The notes under the pieces were generated by a model. That model was not told the origin of the DNA, made no database searches, and saw nothing but the letters and a program-made list of their open reading frames with translations. Position numbers and translations under genes: made by a program. From positions 324,345-388,344 of the forward strand of contig SHZU01000001.1 of the NCBI GenBank assembly GCA_009692115.1: a DNA stretch of 64,000 nucleotides. The letters are read 5' to 3'. The DNA is from Gemmatimonadota bacterium (GTDB lineage: Bacteria; Gemmatimonadota; Gemmatimonadetes; Gemmatimonadales; GWC2-71-9). Shown here piece after piece: positions 17,780 through 26,224 of the stretch (positions are counted from its first letter, which is position 1; the number at the start of each line of letters is the position of its first letter).

Positions 17780-18343
17780 GTGGTTGCCCTCGCCAAGGAC
17801 GGGGTAGATGAGGCGTATCGCGAGCTGGTCCACCGTTACGAACGGCCGGTATTCTCGCTGGTGTTCCGAATGGTCCGGAACCGGGAGCTCGCTGAGGACC
17901 TGGCCCAAGAGACCTTTGTGAAGGTCCTGAACGCCATTCAATCTTACCGGCCGGAATTCAAGTTTTCCTCTTGGGTCTTCAAGATCGCCAACAACGCCGC
18001 CATCGATCACCTCCGAAAACGGGAGCTCGACACCCTGTCGCTCGAGGGATCACCCCACGCGGACACCCCCGAGTTGATCGAGGCCACCGCGCCCCAGATC
18101 GGCGGGCGGGGCGAGAACCAACTCGACGAAGTCGCCAACCGGGAACTCGGCGGCACCATCGAGGACGCCATTGCGAAGCTCAGGCCGGAATACCGGTCCT
18201 GCATTTTGCTGCGCCATGTCGAGGGACGGGGCTATGAAGAAATCGCCGAGATGCTCAGTCTTCCGCTCGGGACAGTGAAGACCTATATCCACCGAGCGAG
18301 AAACGAGCTCCGGATTCTCCTGCGCGAGGTTCGCGATGAGTGA
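17780..18343 (+). CDS. ECF (RpoE-like) RNA polymerase sigma factor
   Basis: Region 2: YRELVHRYERPVFSLVFRMVRNRELAEDLAQETFVKV...FSSWVFKIANNAAIDHLRK. Region 4: RSCILLRHVEGRGYEEIAEMLSLPLGTVKTYIHRAR. The GTG start is uncertain. Confidence 0.85.
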   Translation: MVALAKDGVDEAYRELVHRYERPVFSLVFRMVRNRELAEDLAQETFVKVLNAIQSYRPEFKFSSWVFKIANNAAIDHLRKRELDTLSLEGSPHADTPELIEATAPQIGGRGENQLDEVANRELGGTIEDAIAKLRPEYRSCILLRHVEGRGYEEIAEMLSLPLGTVKTYIHRARNELRILLREVRDE

Positions 18344-18368
18344 CCTTTTGTCGGTTACGTTTTGTTTT

Positions 18369-18393
18369 GGAACGTTGAAACAAGATTCGCGTG
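18369..18393 (+). promoter_or_regulatory. ECF-type promoter candidate (GGAAC-N16-CGT) in the sigma/anti-sigma spacer
   Basis: GGAAC 18369-18373, 16 nt, CGT 18390-18392. It lies in a visibly AT-rich 72-nt spacer, 23 nt upstream of ATG 18416. Confidence 0.35.
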
Positions 18394-18415
18394 GGTGCCG
18401 TACAAGGGTCTGACT

Positions 18416-18997
18416 ATGAAATCTCTAACGAACCACCTCACCGCTGACGACGTCGATGCGTTTCACACTGAATCGCTGCGATCCGAAATGCGGATTCATC
18501 TGGAAACATGCGAGGATTGCCGACGGTTGGTGGTTCTCGATCGTGAAGTCTTGTCGATGATGAACCGGCTACCGAGCTATGGACCTCAGACTGGGTTCGT
18601 CGATCGGATCATGGCACGGGTGGAGATCGCAGTGCCGGCCCCGGTGCCGGTGCTGTCCTTCCCGAAGCTCACCACCCGCCGGGTCGCCGCCCTGGCAGCG
18701 CTCGCAGCCGGGATGATCATCAGTGTCGGGTGGTCGGCGGCTAACCGCGCGGTATTGGACGGATGGCTCGACGGGGCCGAGTCGGCACTCTGGAGCGCCG
18801 GGGCCACGCTTTGGCAACAGGCGCTGGCCGTCATGACTGCCACGTCATGGCTTGAAAGCCTCCGGCAGTTGTCCGGTGCCCCGGTCCGGCTAGCCGCGGT
18901 TGCCATCGTCGTCATCGGATCGTACGCCGGCGGAGTGGTGGCGCTCCGCCGGCTCGTCACGCCGGCGGCCGGACCGGAGGCGAATGCCCTGCTTTAG
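18416..18997 (+). CDS. Anti-sigma factor, zf-HC2 type, single TM
   Basis: MKSLTNH...HLETCEDCRRL (H-x3-C-x2-C) and a central hydrophobic segment RRVAALAALAAGMIISVGW. Directly downstream of the ECF sigma gene. Confidence 0.7.
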   Translation: MKSLTNHLTADDVDAFHTESLRSEMRIHLETCEDCRRLVVLDREVLSMMNRLPSYGPQTGFVDRIMARVEIAVPAPVPVLSFPKLTTRRVAALAALAAGMIISVGWSAANRAVLDGWLDGAESALWSAGATLWQQALAVMTATSWLESLRQLSGAPVRLAAVAIVVIGSYAGGVVALRRLVTPAAGPEANALL

Positions 18998-19805
18998 TCT
19001 CGGGCTTACCCTGCTGGCGTTGAGCGGTACCGCGGCGGTGCGGAACGCCGTTTCGTCCGGCGGCCCCGTCGTCAATCTGGGCGGGAAGGTTACCGGGCAG
19101 AGTCCCGCGCTCGACCGCGAGCCCGCCCTCGTGGCTCCGGCGGCCGGACCGGTGGCGCGCACCGTCACCAACTTCGCAGGGGTCATCGGCTCCTTTTTGA
19201 CCTTGGGATTGGTGGGATTCGGCCTCGTCCTCTTTGGGCAATCGAACCTCGAGGTCGTGTCCGACACCGTGAGCCACAGCTTCCTCCGCTCATTCATGGT
19301 CGGGTTGCTGGCCCAGGTCCTGGTCGTGCCGACGTTCGGCATGTTGGTCGTTGGATTGGTCTTGAGCGTGGTCGGGGTCCTCTTGGTGCCATTCGTAATC
19401 GCCGTCTACGCCCTGCTGGTCCTGGCCGGGGTGTTAGGCGGGTTCTTGGCCGTCTCCCACGCCATGGGCGAAACCCACACTCGGCGACGGATGGCCCGCG
19501 GGGATGCGCTCTCGCCGAACAGCTATCGGTATCTGGTGGTGGGCCTCGGCGGCCTGGCCTCGGTCTGGCTGGCCTGGGTCTGTTTCGGGTGGGTCCCGGT
19601 GGCTGGAACTTTGATTCTCGGTGCCGCGATCATCGCTACGTGGCTCCTCGGCACGGTTGGACTCGGGGCGGCGGTCCTCAGCCGGGGCGGCGTTCAGCCG
19701 AGTTTTGCCGGACGGTACCTCCCGACCGAGATGCTGACCGATGAGTATCTCTGGGCCACGCCGCAGCAGGGCGTCCCCGCGGTGAAACGGCCAACCCCCA
19801 AGTAA
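18984..19805 (+). CDS. Polytopic membrane protein, unknown function (third gene of the ECF operon)
   Basis: ATG 18984 overlaps the anti-sigma end by 14 nt. Signal-like MPCFSLGLTLLALSGTAAV, then at least 5 hydrophobic helices. Confidence 0.6.
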   Translation: MPCFSLGLTLLALSGTAAVRNAVSSGGPVVNLGGKVTGQSPALDREPALVAPAAGPVARTVTNFAGVIGSFLTLGLVGFGLVLFGQSNLEVVSDTVSHSFLRSFMVGLLAQVLVVPTFGMLVVGLVLSVVGVLLVPFVIAVYALLVLAGVLGGFLAVSHAMGETHTRRRMARGDALSPNSYRYLVVGLGGLASVWLAWVCFGWVPVAGTLILGAAIIATWLLGTVGLGAAVLSRGGVQPSFAGRYLPTEMLTDEYLWATPQQGVPAVKRPTPK

Positions 19806-19824
19806 GAGCAGCCCGGGTGGGTCC

Positions 19825-20940
19825 CTACTGATTGATGACCGGCAGGGCCATCGAGCGGGCTCCAGCCTCCTTGGCAATCGCTTTGGCCGTCGCCAGCAGG
19901 GCCACCGCGGCGGGACTCTTTGGGTTGCCCACCACGACCGGCGACCCGGCATCAGCCGCTTCGGCCAATCCCGGCTCCAGCGGGATCTTCCCGAGCAACG
20001 GCACTCCGAGTTCGTCGGCCAACCGCTGACCACCGCCGGACGAAAAGAACTCGATCCGTTTGCCGGTGTCGGGGTCGGTGTAGCCGCTCATGTTCTCAAC
20101 GATGCCCAACACGGGCACGTTGACCCGCTCGAACATCTTGGCGCCGCGCAACGCATCACCGACGGCCATTTCCTGGGGCGTGGTGACGATGACCGCGCCT
20201 GACACCTGCACCGACTGCACCAGCGACAACTGGGCATCGCCGGTGCCGGGCGGCATGTCGACGATGAAGAAATCGAGTTCGCCCCACTCGACGTCCCGGA
20301 GGAACTGCTGGATCACCTTCATGATGATCGGGCCGCGCCAGATGGCCGGGGCGTCGCGATCGACCAGGAAGCCGATCGACATCAGCTTGACGCCGAACGA
20401 TTCGAGCGGCTGAATTCGGCCCGCCACGACCGGCGGTCGTTCAAACCGTCCGAACATCCGGGGCACGTTCGGGCCGTAGATATCGCAGTCCATGACCCCG
20501 ACGCGTTTCCCGCTCGCCGCGAGCGCCACCGCCAGGTTGACCGCGACGGTCGACTTGCCGACCCCGCCCTTCCCCGATGACACCGCGATCACCTTACCCA
20601 GGCCCGGGAACTCCGCCGCGGTCGGCGGGGCCGGCATCCCGGTCGATTGGGGCCCCGGGGCTCCGCTCGGCGGGGCGTGGGTCGCCTGGCTCGGACCGGC
20701 TGGATCGACGACGGTGATCTTGACCTCGGTAATGCCCTCAATGGCCTTGAGCCCCGACCGGGCATCGCGTACCAGGGTGGCCGGATCGGCCCGGGTCAGC
20801 AGGAACGTGAAGGAGACTCGGCCTTCGGGGGTGACGGCCAAGTCGCGGACCATCCCGGCGGACAACAAGTCATTGTCGAGCCGGGGGTTCTTGATTCGGG
20901 AGAGCGCGAGGCCGACCTGGGCCTCGAGAGAGTCGGACAC
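19825..20940 (-). CDS. apbC: Mrp/ApbC/NBP35-family Fe-S cluster carrier ATPase
   Basis: N-terminal DUF59-like domain. Walker A: IAVSSGKGGVGKSTVAVNLAVALA. Also DCDIYGPN and the Mrp signature. Confidence 0.9.
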   Translation of the reverse strand: MSDSLEAQVGLALSRIKNPRLDNDLLSAGMVRDLAVTPEGRVSFTFLLTRADPATLVRDARSGLKAIEGITEVKITVVDPAGPSQATHAPPSGAPGPQSTGMPAPPTAAEFPGLGKVIAVSSGKGGVGKSTVAVNLAVALAASGKRVGVMDCDIYGPNVPRMFGRFERPPVVAGRIQPLESFGVKLMSIGFLVDRDAPAIWRGPIIMKVIQQFLRDVEWGELDFFIVDMPPGTGDAQLSLVQSVQVSGAVIVTTPQEMAVGDALRGAKMFERVNVPVLGIVENMSGYTDPDTGKRIEFFSSGGGQRLADELGVPLLGKIPLEPGLAEAADAGSPVVVGNPKSPAAVALLATAKAIAKEAGARSMALPVINQ

Positions 20941-20960
20941 GAGGGAACCTCGAGAAAGAG

Positions 20961-21191
20961 CTAGAGTGCCTGGACCGCTTTGACCTCAGGCACGAACTGT
21001 TTGAGACGGGTTTCAATGCCCTGCTTGAGTGTTATCGAGGAGGCCGAGCAGCCGTGACAGGTGCCGCCGAGCCGGACGGTCAGCATGCCCTCGGCTTCGT
21101 CAAAATCGATGATTTCGACCGTTCCGCGGTGCGATGCGATGTAGGGTCGGAGTGAGTCGAGGGTCTGTTCGATCCGGTCGATGATTTCCAT
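20961..21191 (-). CDS. NifU C-terminal-domain (Nfu-type) Fe-S scaffold protein
   Basis: 76 aa. LDSLRPYIASHRGTVEIIDFDE...RLGGTCHGCSASSITLK (CxxC). Confidence 0.85.
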   Translation of the reverse strand: MEIIDRIEQTLDSLRPYIASHRGTVEIIDFDEAEGMLTVRLGGTCHGCSASSITLKQGIETRLKQFVPEVKAVQAL

Positions 21192-21226
21192 GGTCGTGGG
21201 TCTAATATAAGGCCCCCCGGCCGGAA

Positions 21227-23460
21227 CTACTCCGCTTTGAGGGCCTTGAATAGATCGATCTTTCCGGCCCGCCGGGCCGGGAGGTAGGCCGCCAACACCG
21301 CCACCCCGATCAGAATCGCCGGCACCATGACCAGGGTCACCGGGTCGAATGCCTTGATTCCGAACAGCAGGCCTTCGAGCAACTTCCCGACGACCAGGGC
21401 CAGGACCAGCCCGACCACGGCTCCACCCGCGACCAAGCGGAGCCCGCCGACCAAGAGCAGCCGAACCACCGTGCTTGGGGCCGCGCCCAGGGACAGGCGG
21501 ATCCCGACCTCCCGGCTCCGCTGCGACACGGCATAGCTCACCGCGCCGTAGAGCCCGATCGACGCCATCAGGAGCGCGACGAGGGCAAAAGCCAGCAAGG
21601 CCGCCGCTCCCATCCGGAGCGGATACGACATCGCCCCGATATGCGCCGCCAGCGAACGGCTCTGCATGACGAACATCTCGGGGGTCACTTCGCGGATCTT
21701 CCGGACGATGTCGGCGGCGAGCCGCTCGGGATCGGCGGTGGTCCTTGCGACGAGGAAGTTCGGACCCGAACCCTTCTCGATCGGGGCATAGATGAAGGGC
21801 CTCGGCTCCTCACCCAAACTCCGGATCTTCGCGGTGTTGACGACCCCCACGATTTCCACTTGGCGGGCCCCGGACCAAAACCGCTGGCCCACGGTGGGCC
21901 GGCCGGGGAAGAACCGGGCGGCGAACGCCTCGTTCACGAGGGCCGCTCGCCAGATAGTGTCGGTGTCGGTCAGCACCAGGTTCCTGCCCGCCACCACCCG
22001 GAGCCCGGCCGCCGGGACGAACCCGGTATCAATCGCGGCCCGGTCCACGTCGAAGGTGCTCCGGCCCGGCGGCGGCTCGACCCCAGGCACCGTGATCTCG
22101 CTGCTCTGGTTGCCTAACCAATTCAAGTGCAGGTTCGAGATCAGGCCGACCGAGACGACACTCGGCAACTGGCCCACGGCCCGAACCAAGCGGTCCCGGT
22201 TCGCCTCCATGGCGTCGGGGGCCACATTGCCGGGTCCTCCGAACCATACCATGGCGGCGGGGGCGGCCCCGAATCCGGCGTCCACCTTGCGGGCGGCGTC
22301 GAGGCTTCGCATGAAGAGCCCGGCGACCAACAGCAGCACCATCGACACCGCCACTTAGCCGCCGACCAGGACACTCCGCGCCGCCCAGCGTTTCCGGCCG
22401 CCACCGGTGTTTTCGGTCCGGATGACTTGGGCCAGATCGAGACGAGTGGCTTGGAGAGCCGGCATCAGCCCAAAGAACACCCCGGCGAGTACCGAGACCA
22501 GGACCGAGAAACCCAACACCCGCCAGTCGACCGTCAACGCCAGATCGACGGCGACCGGCAGCGGGATGTCGCTCGCCAGCACCAGCCGGAGCGCGGCCCG
22601 GCCGAGCCCGGCACCGAGCAGTCCGGGATAGTCGGCGGGCAAAACGCCCGTCACGACGTAGCTGGAACCGTTCAAGCGAATCGGCCGACCGACGACCCCG
22701 GGATCGGCTCCAAACGCCCGCCGCCAAAACCGATCGCCCAAAACCGCCACCGGCCCCGGAGCGGTCGGAGCCCCAGCACTTCGAAGTAGTCGGCCGACAC
22801 CATCTCGACGGTCAGCCGATCGACCCGGCCGGCGACTTCGTACGGGACGAGGGACAGCTTGGCGGTCGCGAGGCCGGAAAACGCCGTCGAGTTCCGGCGA
22901 ATGTCGGCGACGTCTGGTTCCGAAAACACGTTGTAGGCAAACGAGGAGCTCGACCGATAGAGGTCGACCAGCTCCTCGGGGTGAGACAGGGTCGGCTTGC
23001 GGAGGATGACGTCGTTGACCAGCGTGAACATGGCAGTGTTCGCCCCGATCCCCAGCGCCAGCGACAGCACGGCGGTGAGGGCAAAGGCCGGCCGGGCCAG
23101 CAGCCGCCGGAAGGCATACCGGGTATCGCGGACCAGCTGCTCGAGCCACCGGCTCCGGGGTTCCAAACCGCCTAACGTCTGGGGCGTCACCACCCGTTTA
23201 GCCTCTTTGATCATCGACCCGGCCGCTGACCCTTCGCCGAACGCCTCGAGGAGCTGGCCGGGGGTCCTCCCCGCGGCCAATCCGTCTTCGAAGTGCGCCA
23301 CCAACTCGCGAAACACTTCCTCCCGCCGGTCGTCGGGCAGCCCGGTGCCGACCACGACCTGGGCCACCCGCTCCGCCACCGGGGTCGGAAGCCCCGCTGC
23401 CCGGGCGAGCCGCTCCACCGCAAGGCGGTCGATCCGGCCCTCGAATCCGCGGTTCCTCAT
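21227..23460 (-). pseudogene. Decayed ADOP-type (MacB/FtsX-like duplicated orphan) permease: frameshift, in-frame TAA and internal deletion
   Basis: Piece 1 (23460-~22770): PadR-partner N-domain, TM1 RDTRYAFRRLLARPAFALTAVLSLALGIGANTAMF, ...YFEVLGLRP. The frame changes near 22760-22770 to ...PVAVLGDRFWRRAFGADPGVVGRPIRLNG...RSVLVGG, then TAA (22355-22357). The same frame continues VAVSMVLLLVAGLFMRSL... to TAG 21227 with an intact C-terminal FtsX domain. Much of the first periplasmic/FtsX part seems to be missing. Confidence 0.75.
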
Positions 23461-23807
23461 CCGCCCTCCGCCGGCATCGGCGTCAGGAGGCCAAGGCCCA
23501 TCATCACCCGGAACAACTCCTGCCACTGGGCGCGCTGGGTCTCGAGGGTGGCGAGGCCGGGATCAGTGATCCGGTAGTAGCGGCGCTTGCGGCCGGAAGG
23601 AAGCGAAACCCAGCGGCTTTCAACCAGGCCCTTCGACTCGAGGCTGTAGAGGAGGGGATAGAGAGTCGACTGCCCTAAGGCCAGCACGCCGTCAGAGCGC
23701 TCAGTCAACAACTCGGCGAGCTCGTAGCCGTACATCTCCCGGCGGGTGAGGAGCTGGAGGACCGCAACGGGCCCCGCCCCACGAATCAATTCCCGTTTGA
23801 CCACCAT
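23457..23807 (-). CDS. PadR-family transcriptional regulator
   Basis: AVLQLLTRREMYGYELAELL...LGQSTLYPLLYSLESKGLVESRW...GRKRRYYRITDPG. Its stop overlaps the permease ATG (ATGA 23457-23460). Confidence 0.9.
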   Translation of the reverse strand: MVVKRELIRGAGPVAVLQLLTRREMYGYELAELLTERSDGVLALGQSTLYPLLYSLESKGLVESRWVSLPSGRKRRYYRITDPGLATLETQRAQWQELFRVMMGLGLLTPMPAEGG

Positions 23808-23825
23808 ACTTCAGTCGGCTCCGAT

Positions 23826-23843
23826 TATGCATCGGCCAGCATA
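23826..23843. promoter_or_regulatory. Inverted repeat TATGC-N8-GCATA, candidate PadR operator
   Basis: TATGC 23826-23830 and GCATA 23839-23843, 19-36 nt upstream of the PadR ATG (23807). The geometry is like the known PadR ATGT-N8-ACAT operators. Confidence 0.35.
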
Positions 23844-23858
23844 GTACTCTGTTCGTGG

Positions 23859-24899
23859 CTAATCGTTAACAATTGGAACGTCGGCGGATCCGTTCGCCAG
23901 GTACGCCCGGGCCGCGGCCAGGACCGTGGCCTGCACCTCGCCGAGTTGCCCTGCCAACGAAAGTCCGGCGGCCTTGATGTGCCCGCCGCCACCGAATAGC
24001 TTGGCAAATCGAGCCACGTCGACGTCCCCAACCGACCGGAGCGAGATCTTGATCCGGCCTTGGGCAATCTCCCGAAACAACAGGGCCATCTTGATGCCGG
24101 AAATCGACCGGGCGTGTTCCACCACGCCATCGAGATCATCGCTGGTCACCCCGTGCCGCTCGACCGCGCCGGGCGGGACCGTGATCCACGCGAGGCCCAC
24201 GTCGCGTTCGACCACCAGGGTCTGCAGCGCCTCCGCCAGCAGCCGGACCCGGCCCTCGGGCGCCCCGGCATACACATCCAGATAGATCGCTTCGGGATCG
24301 ATCCCGCGGTCGAGGAGCTCGGCGGCAATTCGGAGGGTGCGCGGGCGGGTGTTGGAAAACCGGAACCCGCCGGTGTCGGTAAGAATGCCGACATAGAGCG
24401 CCCGCGCCGCCGCCTGGGTGAGGGGCCACTCGTTGGCCAGGGCAATCTCGACGATCAGCTCCGCCGTGGCCGCCGCCGACTGATCGACATACAAGGGTCC
24501 GGGCGGCAGAGTGCCCGATCCGACGTGGTGATCGACGCACCCGACCGGAACCCCGCGGCCCCGGACCGTTTCCGCCAGCATTCCAAGCCGGCTCAGGTCG
24601 CTGATATCGAGGACGATGATGGCATCGGCTCGCCGGAGCTCCTTCACGGCCTCCGGCGTTTTGTCGACGCCAGGCAGGTCTTGAAACAGAAACTGGAATC
24701 GGGGCGGGGTCGGCGTCGGGTTGGCGATCGTGGCCTTCACCCCAATGGCGCGAAGGAGATGGACCAACCCCACCTCACTGCCGAGCCCGTCGCCGTCGGG
24801 ATTGACATGGGTGGTCAGGCAGACCCGGCTGCCGGGAACGAAAAGCCGGGTCAAGTCCAAAGCGGCGGCGAGCTTGTCAGCAGTCAGGGTAATAGTCAT
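23859..24899 (-). CDS. nrnA: DHH-family phosphoesterase (NrnA-type oligoribonuclease/pAp phosphatase)
   Basis: HVNPDGDGLGSE, ILDISD, GCVDHHVGSG (DHH), FGGGGHIKAAG (DHHA1). ATG 24899. Confidence 0.85.
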   Translation of the reverse strand: MTITLTADKLAAALDLTRLFVPGSRVCLTTHVNPDGDGLGSEVGLVHLLRAIGVKATIANPTPTPPRFQFLFQDLPGVDKTPEAVKELRRADAIIVLDISDLSRLGMLAETVRGRGVPVGCVDHHVGSGTLPPGPLYVDQSAAATAELIVEIALANEWPLTQAAARALYVGILTDTGGFRFSNTRPRTLRIAAELLDRGIDPEAIYLDVYAGAPEGRVRLLAEALQTLVVERDVGLAWITVPPGAVERHGVTSDDLDGVVEHARSISGIKMALLFREIAQGRIKISLRSVGDVDVARFAKLFGGGGHIKAAGLSLAGQLGEVQATVLAAARAYLANGSADVPIVND

Positions 24900-24961
24900 G
24901 GCGCCAGGAAAATACACCCGTGACCTCTTCCGCTGGAGCGAGTCGAGGCCCATTATTGGCC

Positions 24962-26185
24962 ATGCGCCGACTTACCCTGACTCATTGGATCCTGATCGGC
25001 ACCCTGGCGGGTGCCCTCATCGGATACCTCGACCACAATGTCTGGCTCGAGACCGACGTCGCCGAGGGCCTCAAACCCCTCTCCACCATTTTCATCCGAA
25101 TGATCAAGTCGATCGTAGCGCCGCTGATCTTCAGCAGCCTGGTCGTCGGGATCGCGGGACATGGCGACGACCTGAAACAGGTGGGGCGGCTCGCCTTCCG
25201 GTCAATTCTCTATTTCGAAGTGGTCACGACGATTGCCCTCTTCGTCGGATTGGCCGCCGCCCACATCGGCAAGCCCGGCGTCGGCGTCGCCCTGACCGCC
25301 TCGGCCACCGAAGGCCAGCAGTTCGCCAGCTCGCAGACGACCTTGGCCGGCGTTCTGGAACACACGGTTCCGGCCAGTATCGTCGACGCCATGGCCAAGA
25401 ACGAGACCCTCCAGATCGTGTTCTTCTCCGCCCTGTTCGCGATGGCGCTGACCCAGGTCAAGGGCCGCCCGAAAGAGGTCATGCTCGAGGTGTGTGAAAG
25501 CCTGGCGCAGGTCATGTTCAAGTTCACCGGCCTAGTCATGAAGTACGCCCCGATCGGCATTGCCGCCGCGCTCGGCGTGACCATCGGCAAGAACGGACTC
25601 GGCGTCCTGTTCAACCTGGGCAAACTGGTCTTGACACTGTATGTGGCGTTGATCGTGTTCGTGCTGGTGGCATTGGTGCCGGTGGCGTTGATCGCCCGGA
25701 TCAATTTGCGGAAGTTCTGGCACTGGACGAAGGAGCCTTGGCTCCTGGCCTTCACGACGGCCTCGTCCGAGGCGGCGCTCCCGCTCGCGCTCGAAAACAT
25801 GGAGAAGTATGGGGTGCCGCGGCGGATCGTCTCGTTCGTGCTGCCAACCGGGTACTCGTTCAACCTCGACGGCTCGACCCTCTACCTGGCCGTGGCATCG
25901 ATCTTCGTGGCGCAAGCTGCCGGGATCGACCTGCCGCTCACCACCCAATTGCTGATGATGCTGACCCTGATGCTCACCAGTAAAGGGGTTGCCGCGGTCC
26001 CCAGGGCCTCCCTGGTCATTCTCTCCGGCACCCTGACCCAGTTCGGCCTTCCCCTCGAGGGTATTGCCGTGATCCTCGGCGTCGATGCGTTCATGGACAT
26101 GGCCCGCACGTCGGTCAATCTGCTCGGCAACTGCCTCGCCTCCGCTGTCATGGCACGCTGGGAAGGCGAGCTGAAGGAGTCTTAG
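24962..26185 (+). CDS. Dicarboxylate/amino acid:cation symporter (DAACS; GltP/DctA family)
   Basis: ATG 24962. FIRMIKSIVAPLIFSSLVVGIAG, FTTASSEAALPL, PTGYSFNLDGS, DMARTSVNLLGN. Confidence 0.9.
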   Translation: MRRLTLTHWILIGTLAGALIGYLDHNVWLETDVAEGLKPLSTIFIRMIKSIVAPLIFSSLVVGIAGHGDDLKQVGRLAFRSILYFEVVTTIALFVGLAAAHIGKPGVGVALTASATEGQQFASSQTTLAGVLEHTVPASIVDAMAKNETLQIVFFSALFAMALTQVKGRPKEVMLEVCESLAQVMFKFTGLVMKYAPIGIAAALGVTIGKNGLGVLFNLGKLVLTLYVALIVFVLVALVPVALIARINLRKFWHWTKEPWLLAFTTASSEAALPLALENMEKYGVPRRIVSFVLPTGYSFNLDGSTLYLAVASIFVAQAAGIDLPLTTQLLMMLTLMLTSKGVAAVPRASLVILSGTLTQFGLPLEGIAVILGVDAFMDMARTSVNLLGNCLASAVMARWEGELKES

Positions 26186-26224
26186 AGGCTCGGCACTCGG
26201 CTGAGTGCCGAGTGCCGAGCCTCT
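26184..26224. terminator. Perfect 18-bp hairpin shared by the convergent DAACS and NupC genes
   Basis: AGAGGCTCGGCACTCGGC (26184-26201), loop TGAGT, GCCGAGTGCCGAGCCTCT (26207-26224). It fills the 37-nt gap between the two stop codons. No U-tract on either side. Confidence 0.6.

Noticed and set aside
22029-22727. Third-frame ORF (232 aa) and other alternative frames within the decayed permease locus.
   Set aside because: Only two frames carry ADOP/FtsX-family sequence. This frame is Arg/Gly-rich filler.
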